Source of the DNA: an uncultured delta proteobacterium
GTDB lineage: Bacteria; Myxococcota_A; Polyangia; Haliangiales; Haliangiaceae
Reading direction: 5' to 3'
Length of the DNA stretch: 64,000 nucleotides
Assembly (NCBI GenBank): GCA_963848295.1
Contig: CAWKDB010000010.1
Coordinates: 2,368,001-2,432,000 of the forward strand
Below, in pieces: positions 7,666-18,150 of this stretch. The position numbers and the translations under genes are program-made. The notes beneath the pieces are model-generated. The model did not search any database. It saw nothing but the letters and a program-made list of their open reading frames with translations, and was not told where the DNA came from. Every line of letters starts with the position of its first letter. The first letter of the stretch is position 1.

Positions 7666-10070
7666 TCGTCAAGCCGCTGCGGGTCGCGCTGGGCGCAGCG
7701 GTCATCGCGGCGATCTTCGCCGCGGGCGCGCTCGCGGTGAACCCGGTGCCGCACGCGATCCTCGCCGCGGTCGGCGGCGGCACAGCGTTCGAGCGCGAGG
7801 GCGGTCTGCGCCTCGAGTGGCAGCCGCCGCCGGGCGGCGTCACCCGGCCGATCCTCTTGGGCAACAACGTCGCGGTGCACGATGGCGATCACCGCATCGT
7901 CATCGAGATTCCAGGCGTCGCGAAGGCCGATGTCGCCCACACCGCCGACATCGTGATGTCGGGCGGCATGCAGATGCGCCTCGAGCTCGAGACGAACGAC
8001 ATCGTCAAGCTCGCCGAGGCCGCGGGCATCACCAACAGCCACGGGCCCGTCACGTTCGAGCCCGAGACCTGGCTCCCCGAGACGAGCGACCAACAACATA
8101 CCGCCTACGCGCTCGTAGGGTCCGACCGCGCTTCGATCGAGGCGGTCGTGGCGAGCGCGCGCGCCGCGGGATGGCGTCAGCCGCCCGATGGCGAGCTCGT
8201 GCTCGAGCATTCCATCGGCGAGCACGATCGGAGCCGGTGGATCGCCCATCTGCTGTCGACCGAGGTCCTGGTCGACGACACGATGCTGGAGTCGGCGTCC
8301 ACCGGCTTCGACCCGCTGACCGATCGTCCGATCGTCATGCTCGAGTTCACGCGGGCCGGCGGCGAGCGATTTGGCGACGTCACCGAGCGCTTCTCCGGTC
8401 ACAAGTTCGCGATCGTCGTTGGCCGAGAGATCGTCTCGGACCCCGTGATCAACGGCCGGATCGGGGGCGGCCGCTGTTCGATCACGATGGGCGGCGGCCA
8501 TTCGATCGACGAGCTCGAGGCCGACGCCGATCGGCTCGTGCATGCGCTGTCCGCGGGCAGCTTGCCACCGGGCGGCACGCTCGTGTCCGCGAGCTACGTC
8601 GCGCCGACCCGCGGAGGTGCCGAGACGATCGGCGCGATCGCGACCGCGGCGCTGGCGGCGCTGATAGCGGCGCTGCTCGCCTGGTTCGCGGTAAAGCTCG
8701 CGCGGCCCGCGTGGGCACCGTTCGCGCCGCGGTCCGCAGGCGCGCGACCCTGGCTTCGCCTCGCGACGATGCTCGGCGTCGTGATCGTCGTCTACTTCGG
8801 CATCGACCTGACCTTGCCGATCGTGGACCGGCAGGAGCTGCTCCATCTTGTCTACGGTCCGGACCGCGACCCGTCGCTCGTCCGCGGGAGTCTATTCGCG
8901 CTGGGCGTGTTCCCGGTGATCACCGCAGCCATCGCGGTCGAGTTGCTCGTACTCGCCGTGCCGGCATGGCGCCCGCTACGCACGCGAAGCCCGCAAGACC
9001 GACGCCGGATCGCGTGGGCGATCGCGGCGGTCGCGATCGCGCTCGCGCTCGTCCAGGGTTACGCGCACGTCGACATGCTCCAGCAGCTCGGGTTCCGCGG
9101 CCCGACCCTGGTCGACCAGGGCTTGCTCGTGCGGATCGAGGGCGCGCTATCTCTCGCCGGAGGCACGATGATGATCGTGCTGCTCGCGGCGCTGATCGCG
9201 AGCTTCGGCCTCGGCAATGGCTACGCCGCGATCGTGGCGATCACGTGGGCGTTGCGCCTGGTGGCCATCGCTCGCACCTGCTCGCTCGACTCGCATCAAG
9301 TCGCGCTCGCGGTCGGCGCGCTCGTGACGATCGCTGCGCTCACCGCGACGTTCTTACGCTGGCGCATCGCCCGCGACCAGGAGGTTCCGCTCGCGCTGCC
9401 GAGCTCGGGCATGATCTCGATCTTCCCGGCGGGCGGGTTGTTCGCGGTGATCGGGATCGTGACCGGGCTCGACCTGTGGTCCCGCACGGTCGCGCGCGTC
9501 TACGACGCGACCTACGAGCTCACGTGGAGAGTGTCGGCGGTCGTGGTCATAGCGGTCGGGTTCGGCGCACTGTGGTCGCTGGCGTTCACCCGACCGGGCG
9601 CGCTCGCGAAGCTGGCCGGTCGCGCGAGCCTCGCTCCGCCGGCGTGGAGCAGCTGGTGGCGCGCCACGGCGCTGTCATGCGCCTGGCTGATCGCGATAGC
9701 CGCGATCATCATCGCGGTCGCGCGTTGGACGATCCCGCCGCTCGTGTTCGAGGGGCTGACGACCGTGATCGCGACGGCGACCGCGCTCGATCTCGTCGCC
9801 GATTGGCGCGGCCGGCGCGGGGCGATGGTGGCGGTGTGGTCGCTGCACGATGCGCAGCACGTCGAGCTCGCGCGCAGCGTGCTCGCGACCGGCGGCGTGC
9901 GCAGTCACGTCAGCGCGACGCACGTGCGCGCGTTGTTCGCGCTGTTCGGCCCGTGGGCGCCGATGACCGTGTACGTCGCGCGCGACGACGCGAAGCGAGC
10001 GACCGAGCTCCTGCTCGCGCTGTTCGACGACCGCCGGCCGCCGCCGAACGTCGAGCAGGCGTTCGCCTGA
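7662..10070 (+). CDS. Chimeric membrane protein: SecD/SecF P1-head domain + SecY-like TM region + DUF2007-like C-terminus
   Basis: RPIVMLEFTRAGGERFGDVTERFSGHKFAIVVGREIVSDPVINGRIGGG..ALSAGSLP (SecD P1 head); SLFALGVFPVITAAIAVELL, LALVQG, LAGGTMMIVLLAALIASFGLGNGYA (SecY TM2-TM5-like); VELARSVLATGGVRSHV..LFALFGP..TVYV (DUF2007-like). Confidence 0.75.
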   Translation: MIVKPLRVALGAAVIAAIFAAGALAVNPVPHAILAAVGGGTAFEREGGLRLEWQPPPGGVTRPILLGNNVAVHDGDHRIVIEIPGVAKADVAHTADIVMSGGMQMRLELETNDIVKLAEAAGITNSHGPVTFEPETWLPETSDQQHTAYALVGSDRASIEAVVASARAAGWRQPPDGELVLEHSIGEHDRSRWIAHLLSTEVLVDDTMLESASTGFDPLTDRPIVMLEFTRAGGERFGDVTERFSGHKFAIVVGREIVSDPVINGRIGGGRCSITMGGGHSIDELEADADRLVHALSAGSLPPGGTLVSASYVAPTRGGAETIGAIATAALAALIAALLAWFAVKLARPAWAPFAPRSAGARPWLRLATMLGVVIVVYFGIDLTLPIVDRQELLHLVYGPDRDPSLVRGSLFALGVFPVITAAIAVELLVLAVPAWRPLRTRSPQDRRRIAWAIAAVAIALALVQGYAHVDMLQQLGFRGPTLVDQGLLVRIEGALSLAGGTMMIVLLAALIASFGLGNGYAAIVAITWALRLVAIARTCSLDSHQVALAVGALVTIAALTATFLRWRIARDQEVPLALPSSGMISIFPAGGLFAVIGIVTGLDLWSRTVARVYDATYELTWRVSAVVVIAVGFGALWSLAFTRPGALAKLAGRASLAPPAWSSWWRATALSCAWLIAIAAIIIAVARWTIPPLVFEGLTTVIATATALDLVADWRGRRGAMVAVWSLHDAQHVELARSVLATGGVRSHVSATHVRALFALFGPWAPMTVYVARDDAKRATELLLALFDDRRPPPNVEQAFA

Positions 10071-10083
10071 GCTCCGCGGCGCG

Positions 10084-10782
10084 CTAGAACAGCTCGCCTT
10101 GCGGCTTCGCCGGTTCGACGACCGGCTCGATGCACCGCGGATCGTCGTGGTCGGCCTTGTTGACCCAGGTCGAGACCTGGTCGGCGTACCAATCGCCGAC
10201 CTCGGGGACCCCGAGCAGCGCGTGAGCGCCCGCCGCGTCGAGCGCGGGATCGAGCCATGCCGCGTACAGCGACGGCTCGAGCAGCACGGGCATCCGATCG
10301 TGGATCGGCGCGACGAGCGGATTCGCCGGCCCGGTCACGATCGAAAAGCTCGTCACGTCGCCCGCGCGCATCCAGATCCCGGCGAACGCGACGTGCCGGC
10401 CGCGCCGCGGATGAAAGTACATCGGCAGTGCGAGCTTGCCCGCGCGTCTCCACTCGAAGAACCCGTTCGCCGCGACGAGACAGCGCCGGCGCGCGAGCGC
10501 GTCGCGAAACATCGGCTTGGCATCGAGCGATTCGACGCGCGTGTTGATCATCAACGGCGGCTTCTTGCCGCTGCCCGGCTTCGCCCAGTGCGGCACGAGC
10601 CCCCACCGCATGAGCTCGAGCACGCGCGCGCCATCGCGCAGCGTCACCACCGGTGCCGGTTGCGTCGGCGCGACGTTGAACCGCGACTTCCACCACTCGC
10701 TCTCGGTCGCGCCCGGCGCGATCGCGGCTTCGAGGTCGGAGGCGACCTCGTCGGGACTCATCACGGTGTAGCGACCGCACAT
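10084..10782 (-). CDS. yedK: SOS response-associated peptidase (SRAP/YedK/HMCES abasic-site crosslink protein)
   Basis: MCGRY N-terminus (catalytic Cys2), FNVAPTQ, RWGLVP, RRCLVAANGFFEW, IHDRMPV. Confidence 0.93.
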   Translation of the reverse strand: MCGRYTVMSPDEVASDLEAAIAPGATESEWWKSRFNVAPTQPAPVVTLRDGARVLELMRWGLVPHWAKPGSGKKPPLMINTRVESLDAKPMFRDALARRRCLVAANGFFEWRRAGKLALPMYFHPRRGRHVAFAGIWMRAGDVTSFSIVTGPANPLVAPIHDRMPVLLEPSLYAAWLDPALDAAGAHALLGVPEVGDWYADQVSTWVNKADHDDPRCIEPVVEPAKPQGELF

Positions 10783-10827
10783 CGTCGGGCGAGACCGGGG
10801 CCTCGCATGCGCGCGATCGTACGCCGA

Positions 10828-11991
10828 TCAGCCGAGGCGGAGCACGCAGACCTGCAAGTAGCGGTCGCGCGGCTGAGCGACGAGCGTCGGATACTCCGGG
10901 GGCAAGCCGCCCTGCTCGAGGATCGCGGCCGGTCGGCCGGCGAGGCCCTTGTGCGCGAGCTTGCTCAGCGACGCGAGCTCGTGCGTGTTCGCCGCGAGCC
11001 ACAGCACGCCGCCGTCGGGGACGACCGCCGCCGCTTGCTTGATCAGCGCGGGATAATCGCGGTCGAGCGTCCACGGCTGGCCGCGCGCGGTCGAGAACGT
11101 CGGTGGATCGATGATGACGAGATCGTAGTGCTCGCGATCGCGTGCCGCGCGCGCGAGGTAGCGCACCGCATCGCCGGTCTCGAACCGCCACCGATCGCCG
11201 GTCAGGTTCGAGCGACCGAAGTTCGAGCGGGCCCACGCGGCGACGCCCGGCGACGTATCGACGCTCGTCACCGCCCGTGCTCCCGCTCGCGCGCACGCGA
11301 CGCTGAGCGCGCCGGTGTACGAAAACAGATTGAGCACGCGGCGTCCGCCGGCGAACCGCGCCAAGCCACGGCGCTGCTCGCGCATGTCGGTGAACAGGCC
11401 GGTGTTGAGCCCGCCCAGCGGATGGACCTCGAACGGCACGCCGTGCTCGGTCACGACGTACGCGTCGTCGGGCGAGCGACCGACGAGGTCTTGCGCGACC
11501 TCGGCCGCGCCGCCCCGCGCGCGCAGCTTGACGACCGCGCCGTCGAGCTTGGCGAATCCGACGATCGCCTCGGCGAGCTGGCGGCCGAGCGCGCGCAAGC
11601 CCTCGCCGTAGACGTAAACGATCGCGGTCTTGCCGAGCACGTCGCATGCGAAGCCCGGCACGCCATCGCCGGCTCCGTGGAGCAAGCGATACGCGTGATC
11701 GACGCCGGGCAAGTCGAGCTGGGTGCGCCAGGCGAGCGCGCGTTCGACGCGCAGCGCGAGCAAGGCTCCGCCGATCGCCGGCAAGCCGTCCGCGGGTACC
11801 GCGAGCACGCGCAACTTCGCGTTGCCGAGATCGGCGATCGCGAGGCCGAGCTCGTCGCCGTTGCCATCGACGAGCTGGACGTGCTCGCCATCGCCGAGCG
11901 CCGCGGCGCCGTCGAGGCGCGCGAGCTCGAGATCGCGCCCACCGCCGGCGAGAAACTGCGCCGCCGCGCCGGCGAGCGCGAGTGACTTCAT
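10828..11991 (-). CDS. Class I SAM-dependent rRNA methyltransferase (RlmI/RlmK-like)
   Basis: YRLLHGAGDGVPG, NTGLFTDMREQR, VLNLFSYTGA, YDLVIIDPPTF. Start ATG 11991 overlaps the upstream stop. Confidence 0.88.
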   Translation of the reverse strand: MKSLALAGAAAQFLAGGGRDLELARLDGAAALGDGEHVQLVDGNGDELGLAIADLGNAKLRVLAVPADGLPAIGGALLALRVERALAWRTQLDLPGVDHAYRLLHGAGDGVPGFACDVLGKTAIVYVYGEGLRALGRQLAEAIVGFAKLDGAVVKLRARGGAAEVAQDLVGRSPDDAYVVTEHGVPFEVHPLGGLNTGLFTDMREQRRGLARFAGGRRVLNLFSYTGALSVACARAGARAVTSVDTSPGVAAWARSNFGRSNLTGDRWRFETGDAVRYLARAARDREHYDLVIIDPPTFSTARGQPWTLDRDYPALIKQAAAVVPDGGVLWLAANTHELASLSKLAHKGLAGRPAAILEQGGLPPEYPTLVAQPRDRYLQVCVLRLG

Positions 11992-13331
11992 TGCGTCGGC
12001 GGGGTCGCGCTCGAGACGAGCAGCGACATGCCGTTGCCCACCCGCACCGAGCCCGGCGCGAGCGAGGTGAGCACGCTGCCCGTGGTGCGGAACGCGTTCG
12101 CGTCGGTCGCGACCGTGCCGCCATAGGCGGCGAGCGAGCCGGTCAGCGCCGGCGCGGCGCCCGGTAGGTACGCCGCGAGCCCCGACGGTAGCTGGGGCGG
12201 TGCGAGCGCGGTCTGCGTGGCGCCGGGCGCGAACGAGATGCCGACCTGCGTCGGGTTCCCGCCGGCGTTCGCGTACGACAGGCTCGCGTACATGCCGAGC
12301 ACCGGCGTGGTGTACGCGGTCCAACCTACCGCCGGCAGGCCATCGGCGGCCGGCGTGAGCGTGACACCGGTGATGAACGGCAGCGCGTCGGCCGTGAGGT
12401 TGATCGCGTCAGCCGGCAGATCGTTCGAGCCCTTGTAGATGCCGGTCGTCGCGGTCGCGTCCTGCGACTGCACGATCAGCGACTCGTGATAGCCGGTCCA
12501 CAGGACCTGCGGCTCGGGGAACGTGAACAGCGGCCCTTGCGGCACCGCGCCGCCCTGTACCGCATCCGGCACGAACTCGGCGTTGCCGTTGCGGTCGGTG
12601 ATCTGCGCCGTGATCATGCCCGCGGTCGCGGGTGGACTCGCGATGGTGATCGTCGCGGAGTCGAGCGTGGTGACGAACGCGTTCGCGGTGAACATGCCGG
12701 TCGTGTTCGCCGCCGGCGGCATCTGGGCGAGCAGCGTCGAGGTCGCGATCAGCGCGCCGGTCGTGTCGTACGCGGTCACGAGGATCGCGATGTCGCCGTT
12801 CGGGTCGAGGCAAGTGCTGTCGAGCGGCAGGTCGAACGCGGTCCCGATCGTGACAGCCACCGGGCCGCTCGCGCAGCCGGCGCTGCCCATGTACGTCACG
12901 CCGCCGGTGGTGGCGGCCGGCGGGGTGACGATCGCCGTGCCGTACGGGACGATCGCCGTGCCACTCGGGCCGATCAACAGATCGTCGTTGGCCTGCACGC
13001 CCATGATGATCGCGACGGTATCGGCGATCGCCGTGCCGGACTTCGGGATCGCCACCGCGACGCTGCCGCCGAGGGGCACCATCGCGGCCGCCTTGCCGCC
13101 GGCATCGGTCGTGACCATCGTGGTCGGTGTGCCACTGGCATCGGCGAACGACACCATCGCGTTCGCATTCGGTCCGGCGATGCCGCCGAGGTTCTGCACC
13201 GTGATGGTCACGGGGACCAACATGGCGTCGACCGGCGCGTCGGTGCCGCCATCGGGCCGGTTTTGGGCCGGTGGCGTCTTCCCGGCGCACCCGCACGCGA
13301 GACATACCCCGAGCAGTGTAGTCCGCTTCAT
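11988..13331 (-). CDS. Hypothetical acidic, Thr/Ala-rich lipoprotein
   Basis: Short signal with Cys (CLACGC); beta-rich composition; TACGCT-N7-ATG. Confidence 0.65.
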   Translation of the reverse strand: MKRTTLLGVCLACGCAGKTPPAQNRPDGGTDAPVDAMLVPVTITVQNLGGIAGPNANAMVSFADASGTPTTMVTTDAGGKAAAMVPLGGSVAVAIPKSGTAIADTVAIIMGVQANDDLLIGPSGTAIVPYGTAIVTPPAATTGGVTYMGSAGCASGPVAVTIGTAFDLPLDSTCLDPNGDIAILVTAYDTTGALIATSTLLAQMPPAANTTGMFTANAFVTTLDSATITIASPPATAGMITAQITDRNGNAEFVPDAVQGGAVPQGPLFTFPEPQVLWTGYHESLIVQSQDATATTGIYKGSNDLPADAINLTADALPFITGVTLTPAADGLPAVGWTAYTTPVLGMYASLSYANAGGNPTQVGISFAPGATQTALAPPQLPSGLAAYLPGAAPALTGSLAAYGGTVATDANAFRTTGSVLTSLAPGSVRVGNGMSLLVSSATPPTQ

Positions 13332-13368
13332 ACAGTAGAGCGTATCGCGGGCCGGGCCGGTTTGGTCG

Positions 13369-14706
13369 CTATTCGTCGCGCTTGCGCGGGCGTGCGATGC
13401 CGTACTCGTCGAGCCGATTGATCAGCGTGCGCCGCGAGATCCCGAGCAGCTCGGCCGCGCGGGTCTGATTGCCGGCGCACTTGTCGAGCGCCTCCAAGAT
13501 CCGTTGCTTCTCGAGCTCGGCGACGGTCGCGCGCACCTGGCTCGGCATGTCGGGCGCGAGCATCGACCCGGGCGGCGGTGTCATCGTCGGAGAGGTCCGC
13601 ATGCGGTGCGGCGGCCGCTGCGGCTGCTCGATCGCGAGGTGCTGGCGCTCGATCGTCGAGCCGGTCGCGAGCAACACGGCGCGCTCGCACGCGTTGCGCA
13701 GCTCGCGGATGTTGCCCGGCCACGTGTTCGACGCGAACCACGCCTTCGCGTCGTCGGCCAGCACGAACGAGCGCCCGAGCGGGCCGGCCGCGGCGGCGAC
13801 GAACTGCTCCGCGAGCGGCAGCACCTCGTCCTTGCGATCGCGCAGCGCGGGCAGTGCGAACGTCGCGCCGGCGACGCGGAAGTACAGATCGCGGCGGAAC
13901 CGACCGGCCTCGACCTCGGCGGCGAGATCCTTCGTCGACGACGAGATGAACCGGACATCGACCGGGCGCGCCGTCGTGGCACCGACCCGGCGGAGCGCGC
14001 CGTCTTCGAGCACGCGCAGCAGCTTGAGCTGGAGCGCTTGTGGCAGCTCCGAGACGTCGCGCAGGAACACGGTGCCGCCGTCGGCGTGCTCGATCGCGCC
14101 CGCCTTGTTCTGCGCCTCGATACCGAAGGTTTCAGCCTCGAGCTGAGCCTCGCTGATCGCCGCGCAGTTGATGCGCACGAACGGATGCGAGCGCCGCGGC
14201 GACATCTCGTGGATGCGCTCGGCGAACCGCTCCTTACCCGTGCCGTTCTCGCCGGTGATCAGCACCGACAACTTGCCCATCGCGATGCGCGATGCCGAAG
14301 CTTCGAGCGCCGCGATCTGAGACGCGTGTGGCGACGATTCGCGGCGCGAGCCGGTGCGCGTCTGCACCATCAACGTGACCGCGCCGACCAAGAACGGCAT
14401 GCCGACGCCGAGCCGGACGCGGTGGTTCGCCGCGATCCTCGCTCCATCGACATACGTACCGTTCGAGCTGCCGATGTCTTCGATCTCGACGTCGACGCCG
14501 AGCACCAGGTTCGCGTGATGGCGCGACACCGATCCGGAATCGATCGAGACGTCGCACGTCTGCGCGCGCCCCACGGTCAGCGTGCCGAGAGCGGGCAACG
14601 GCACGACCTGGAGCGATGCGCCATCGATGACGAGCAGCACCCGATCGCCAAACGGCGCCTGGCGATCGATCTGCTCGGTCGTAGCGCTGCGCTCGTCGTC
14701 GATCAC
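13369..14706 (-). CDS. FHA-domain sigma54-type (bEBP-like) AAA+ regulator with Fis HTH, degenerate
   Basis: FHA: VGR..VSRHHA..DIGSSNGTYVDG; Walker A GENGTGKE; RFRRDLYFRV; WPGNIRELRN; GNQTRAAELLGISRRTL. GAFTGA absent; Walker B reads FLRDV. Confidence 0.9.
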   Translation of the reverse strand: MIDDERSATTEQIDRQAPFGDRVLLVIDGASLQVVPLPALGTLTVGRAQTCDVSIDSGSVSRHHANLVLGVDVEIEDIGSSNGTYVDGARIAANHRVRLGVGMPFLVGAVTLMVQTRTGSRRESSPHASQIAALEASASRIAMGKLSVLITGENGTGKERFAERIHEMSPRRSHPFVRINCAAISEAQLEAETFGIEAQNKAGAIEHADGGTVFLRDVSELPQALQLKLLRVLEDGALRRVGATTARPVDVRFISSSTKDLAAEVEAGRFRRDLYFRVAGATFALPALRDRKDEVLPLAEQFVAAAAGPLGRSFVLADDAKAWFASNTWPGNIRELRNACERAVLLATGSTIERQHLAIEQPQRPPHRMRTSPTMTPPPGSMLAPDMPSQVRATVAELEKQRILEALDKCAGNQTRAAELLGISRRTLINRLDEYGIARPRKRDE

Positions 14707-14851
14707 GGGCGATAGCCTACGCGGTAGAAAGCCACGTGCGCAACGGGGGCGAACCGCCTCCGCCCTGACCGTGGACCAACGATCTCGCGCACAAGGACGC
14801 TTGCAAATTTGGCTGGCCAGGCGGCGGGCCCGCGGTGGTAGGTTCGCCGCG

Positions 14852-15760
14852 ATGACCGTTCAGAAATGGTTTCCGTTCGCCCTCCTCGGCGCGTTGGCGG
14901 TGGCGGCTTGCGGCCCCGCTGGCCGGGGCGGCCCCGACGGCGGTGGTGGCGGTGGCGGTGGTGGCGGTGGCGGCGGCGGCGGTGGGGACGGCGGCGACGG
15001 CTGCTCGGACTCGTCGAAGCTGGTCTACGTCGTCGACGTGAGCAACGAGCTCTCGAAGTTCGACCCGACGACCAAGACGTTCACCGACCTCGGGATGTTG
15101 TCGTGCGAGGACCCGCTGTTCGGCGGCACGCCGTTCTCGATGGGCGTCGATCGCGACACGAACGCGTGGGTCGTCTACAGCGACGGCGTGCTCTACAAGG
15201 TCGACATCTTGAACGGCCTGACCTGCACCCAGACGGCGTGGGGCTCGCCGGATAACCTCGACGAGTTCGGCATGGGCTTCTCGACCGACACCGCCGGCGG
15301 CTCGACCGACACGCTGTTCGTCTCGGGCGGCCCGGATCTCGAGACCGGCACGCCGCCGGCGACGACGACGCTCGCGAAGGTCGACCTCAGCACGTTCAGC
15401 GCGACGACGGTCGGCACGGTCGACGGCTCGCCCGAGCTCACCGGCACCGGATCGGCCGAGCTGTGGGGCTGGTTCCCCGATGCGAGCGCGCCGAAGATCG
15501 AGAAGCTCGACAAGACGAACGGCTCGGCGCTGACGACCTTCCAGTCGACCCTCAGCACGCTCGCCGGCACGCCGATGGACTGGGCCTTCGCGTTCTACGG
15601 CGGCGACTTCTGGGTATTCCTCGAGCGCGACACCGACGATGCGACGAAGGTCTATCAGGTCGACGGCACGAGCGGCATGATCACGAGCACGACGAACACC
15701 GGCTCGCGCTCGATCGTCGGCGCTGGCGTCTCGACCTGCGCTCCGATCGTCATCCAGTAG
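14852..15760 (+). CDS. Hypothetical lipoprotein with poly-Gly linker and probable beta-propeller
   Basis: VAAC lipobox; long Gly run; PFSMGVDR, FGMGF, PELTGTG, WAFAFYGGDFWVF, IVGAGVSTCAP. TAGGTT-N7-ATG. Confidence 0.75.
   Translation: MTVQKWFPFALLGALAVAACGPAGRGGPDGGGGGGGGGGGGGGGGDGGDGCSDSSKLVYVVDVSNELSKFDPTTKTFTDLGMLSCEDPLFGGTPFSMGVDRDTNAWVVYSDGVLYKVDILNGLTCTQTAWGSPDNLDEFGMGFSTDTAGGSTDTLFVSGGPDLETGTPPATTTLAKVDLSTFSATTVGTVDGSPELTGTGSAELWGWFPDASAPKIEKLDKTNGSALTTFQSTLSTLAGTPMDWAFAFYGGDFWVFLERDTDDATKVYQVDGTSGMITSTTNTGSRSIVGAGVSTCAPIVIQ
14938..14985 (+). repeat. GGY trinucleotide tract encoding poly-Gly
   Basis: ggcggtggtggcggtggcggtggtggcggtggcggcggcggcggtggg. Confidence 0.85.
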
Positions 15761-15790
15761 CGCGCGTGTCGTCTCGCGTCCGCGCCGTAA

Positions 15791-18064
15791 CTACGCGCGC
15801 AACGCGACCGCGCGCATCTGCTGTGCTTTGAGCACGACATACGCGGTCATGTTGACGATGTCCTCGACCGTGACCTCGTTTTGCAGCGCCGCACACGGCT
15901 TGCCGATCCCGAGCATGATCGGGCCGACCGCGCCGGCACCGCCGAGCACCTTGAGCGTTTGATACGCCGCGTTCGCCGCGGCGAGCGACCCGAACACCAG
16001 CGTGTTCGCCGGCCGGCTCAGCCGAGAGAATCCGAAATACTGCGCGCGCCGTTCGGGATCGAGCGCCATCTCGGGCTGCATCTCGCCGTCGATCTCGAGC
16101 TCCGGCCGGCGGCGGCGCACGAGCTCGAGCGCGTGCTGGATCTTCGCGACCTCCGGGTGATGGACCGAGCCGAAGTTCGAGTACGAGATCATCGCGATCC
16201 GAGGCGTGATGCCGAAGCCCTGCACCGCATCTGCCATCTGAAGCGTGATGTCGGCGAGCGTCTCGGCGTCGGGATCGATGTTGAATACGGTGTCGCCGAA
16301 GAACCGCACTGCGTTCTTCAGCACCATCAGGTACATCCCGACCGCGACCTTGCAGCCGGATTGCAGCCCGAAGATCTCGAGCGGCGGCCGCACGGTCTCG
16401 GGGTAGTTGAGCCGCAAGCCGGTGACCATGCCGTCGGCGTCACCGCGATCGACCATCAACGCGGCGTAGTAGTCGCTCTTCTGGAGCAGCGCTTGCGCCG
16501 CGAACGACGTCAGGCCTTTGCGTTGCCGCAGCTGGTAGAGCCGCTCGACGTAGGTCGGCTGGCTCTCGATCCGCGGATCGATGATCTCGGCACCGTGCTG
16601 GAGCAGATCCAGCGACAGCTCGTCGCACATCGCGGCGATCTCGTCTTTGCGGCCGAGCAGCACCGGCTTCGCGATGCCCTCGTCGACGATCTGCTGGACC
16701 GCGCGCAACAGCCGTGGATTCGCCGCGTGCGGGAACGCGATCCGCTTCGGCTCGCGCCGCGCCTCGCGCCCGATCGTGCGCATGATCGAGTACGCCGCAT
16801 TCGAGCCCTTCGACACGAGGGACTCGCGGTATTCTTCGATGTCGAATTTGACCCGAGCGACGCCGCTGTCCATCGCCGCCTTCGCGACCGCGGGCGCGAC
16901 CCACCACAGCACGCGCGGATCGAACGGCTTGGGGATGAAGTAGTCCGGCCCCATCTTGATCGCCTTGCCGCCGTACGCGCTGACCACGGCATCGGGCACC
17001 GGCTCGCGCGTCAGCTCGGACAGCGCGCGCGCCGCGGCGAGCTTCATCGCCTCGGACACCGCACTCGCGCGGCAATCGAGCGCACCGCGGAAGATGTACG
17101 GAAAGCCGAGCACGTTGTTGACCTGGTTCGGATAGTCCGACCGCCCGGTCGCGACGAGCGCATCGGGCCGCGCCGCGATCGCATCGGGATACGAGATCTC
17201 CGGATCGGGGTTCGCGAGCGCGAAGATGATCGGCCGCTCGGCCATCGTCTTGACCATGTCGGGCGTGCATACGCCGGCGACCGACAGGCCCATGAACATG
17301 TCTGCGCCCTTCATCACGTCGGCGAGCGTGCGCCGGCCGTCGTCGGGAATCGCGAACTTCAGCTTGTGGCGGTTGAGGTCGTTGCGGCCCGCGTGCACGA
17401 CGCCCTTCGTGTCGACGAGCACGACGTTTTCTTTCGAGACGCCGAGGCTGCAGAAGAAGTCGACGCACGCGATCGCCCCGGCGCCCGCGCCCGACACGAC
17501 GACCTTCAGCGTCGCGAGCGGCTTCTTCGCGAGCTCGGCCGCGTTGAGCAAACCCGCGCCGGAGATGATCGCGGTGCCGTGCTGATCGTCGTGGAACACC
17601 GGGATGCGCATCCGCTGGCGCAGCTTCTCTTCGATCTCGAAGCACGCCGGCGACGCGATGTCTTCGAGGTTGATCCCGCCGAACGTCGGCTCGAGCGCGG
17701 CCACGATGTCGACGAACTTGTCGATGTCTTTCTCGGCGATCTCGAGATCGAACACGTCGATGTCGGCGAACTTCTTGAACAGGCACGCCTTGCCTTCCAT
17801 CACCGGCTTGCCTGCCGCCGCGCCGATGTCGCCGAGCCCGAGCACCGCGGTGCCGTTCGAGATCACCGCGACGAGGTTGCCGCGTGCGGTGTACTCCCAG
17901 CTCTTCTCTTCGTTCGCTTCGATCTCGAGACACGGCTCGGCGACCCCGGGCGTATACGCGAGCGAGAGATCGATCTGACTGACCAACGGCTTGGTCGGGA
18001 CGACCTCGATCTTTCCCTTGCGCCCCCGGCGGTGGTACTCGAGCGCGTCATCCTTTCGACTCAT
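15791..18064 (-). CDS. maeB: NADP-dependent malic enzyme with C-terminal PTA-like domain
   Basis: [55 protein letters not shown], then PTA domain (IDGEMQ, ANTLVF, VGPIMLG). Confidence 0.96.
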   Translation of the reverse strand: MSRKDDALEYHRRGRKGKIEVVPTKPLVSQIDLSLAYTPGVAEPCLEIEANEEKSWEYTARGNLVAVISNGTAVLGLGDIGAAAGKPVMEGKACLFKKFADIDVFDLEIAEKDIDKFVDIVAALEPTFGGINLEDIASPACFEIEEKLRQRMRIPVFHDDQHGTAIISGAGLLNAAELAKKPLATLKVVVSGAGAGAIACVDFFCSLGVSKENVVLVDTKGVVHAGRNDLNRHKLKFAIPDDGRRTLADVMKGADMFMGLSVAGVCTPDMVKTMAERPIIFALANPDPEISYPDAIAARPDALVATGRSDYPNQVNNVLGFPYIFRGALDCRASAVSEAMKLAAARALSELTREPVPDAVVSAYGGKAIKMGPDYFIPKPFDPRVLWWVAPAVAKAAMDSGVARVKFDIEEYRESLVSKGSNAAYSIMRTIGREARREPKRIAFPHAANPRLLRAVQQIVDEGIAKPVLLGRKDEIAAMCDELSLDLLQHGAEIIDPRIESQPTYVERLYQLRQRKGLTSFAAQALLQKSDYYAALMVDRGDADGMVTGLRLNYPETVRPPLEIFGLQSGCKVAVGMYLMVLKNAVRFFGDTVFNIDPDAETLADITLQMADAVQGFGITPRIAMISYSNFGSVHHPEVAKIQHALELVRRRRPELEIDGEMQPEMALDPERRAQYFGFSRLSRPANTLVFGSLAAANAAYQTLKVLGGAGAVGPIMLGIGKPCAALQNEVTVEDIVNMTAYVVLKAQQMRAVALRA

Positions 18065-18150
18065 GAGTGGAACGTAGACCCCCGAAGCATTCGAGGCAAA
18101 TCAGCGTCAGGAGCCAGCGTTCCTCTCGAGCACGTGGCAATGTCCGGGGC

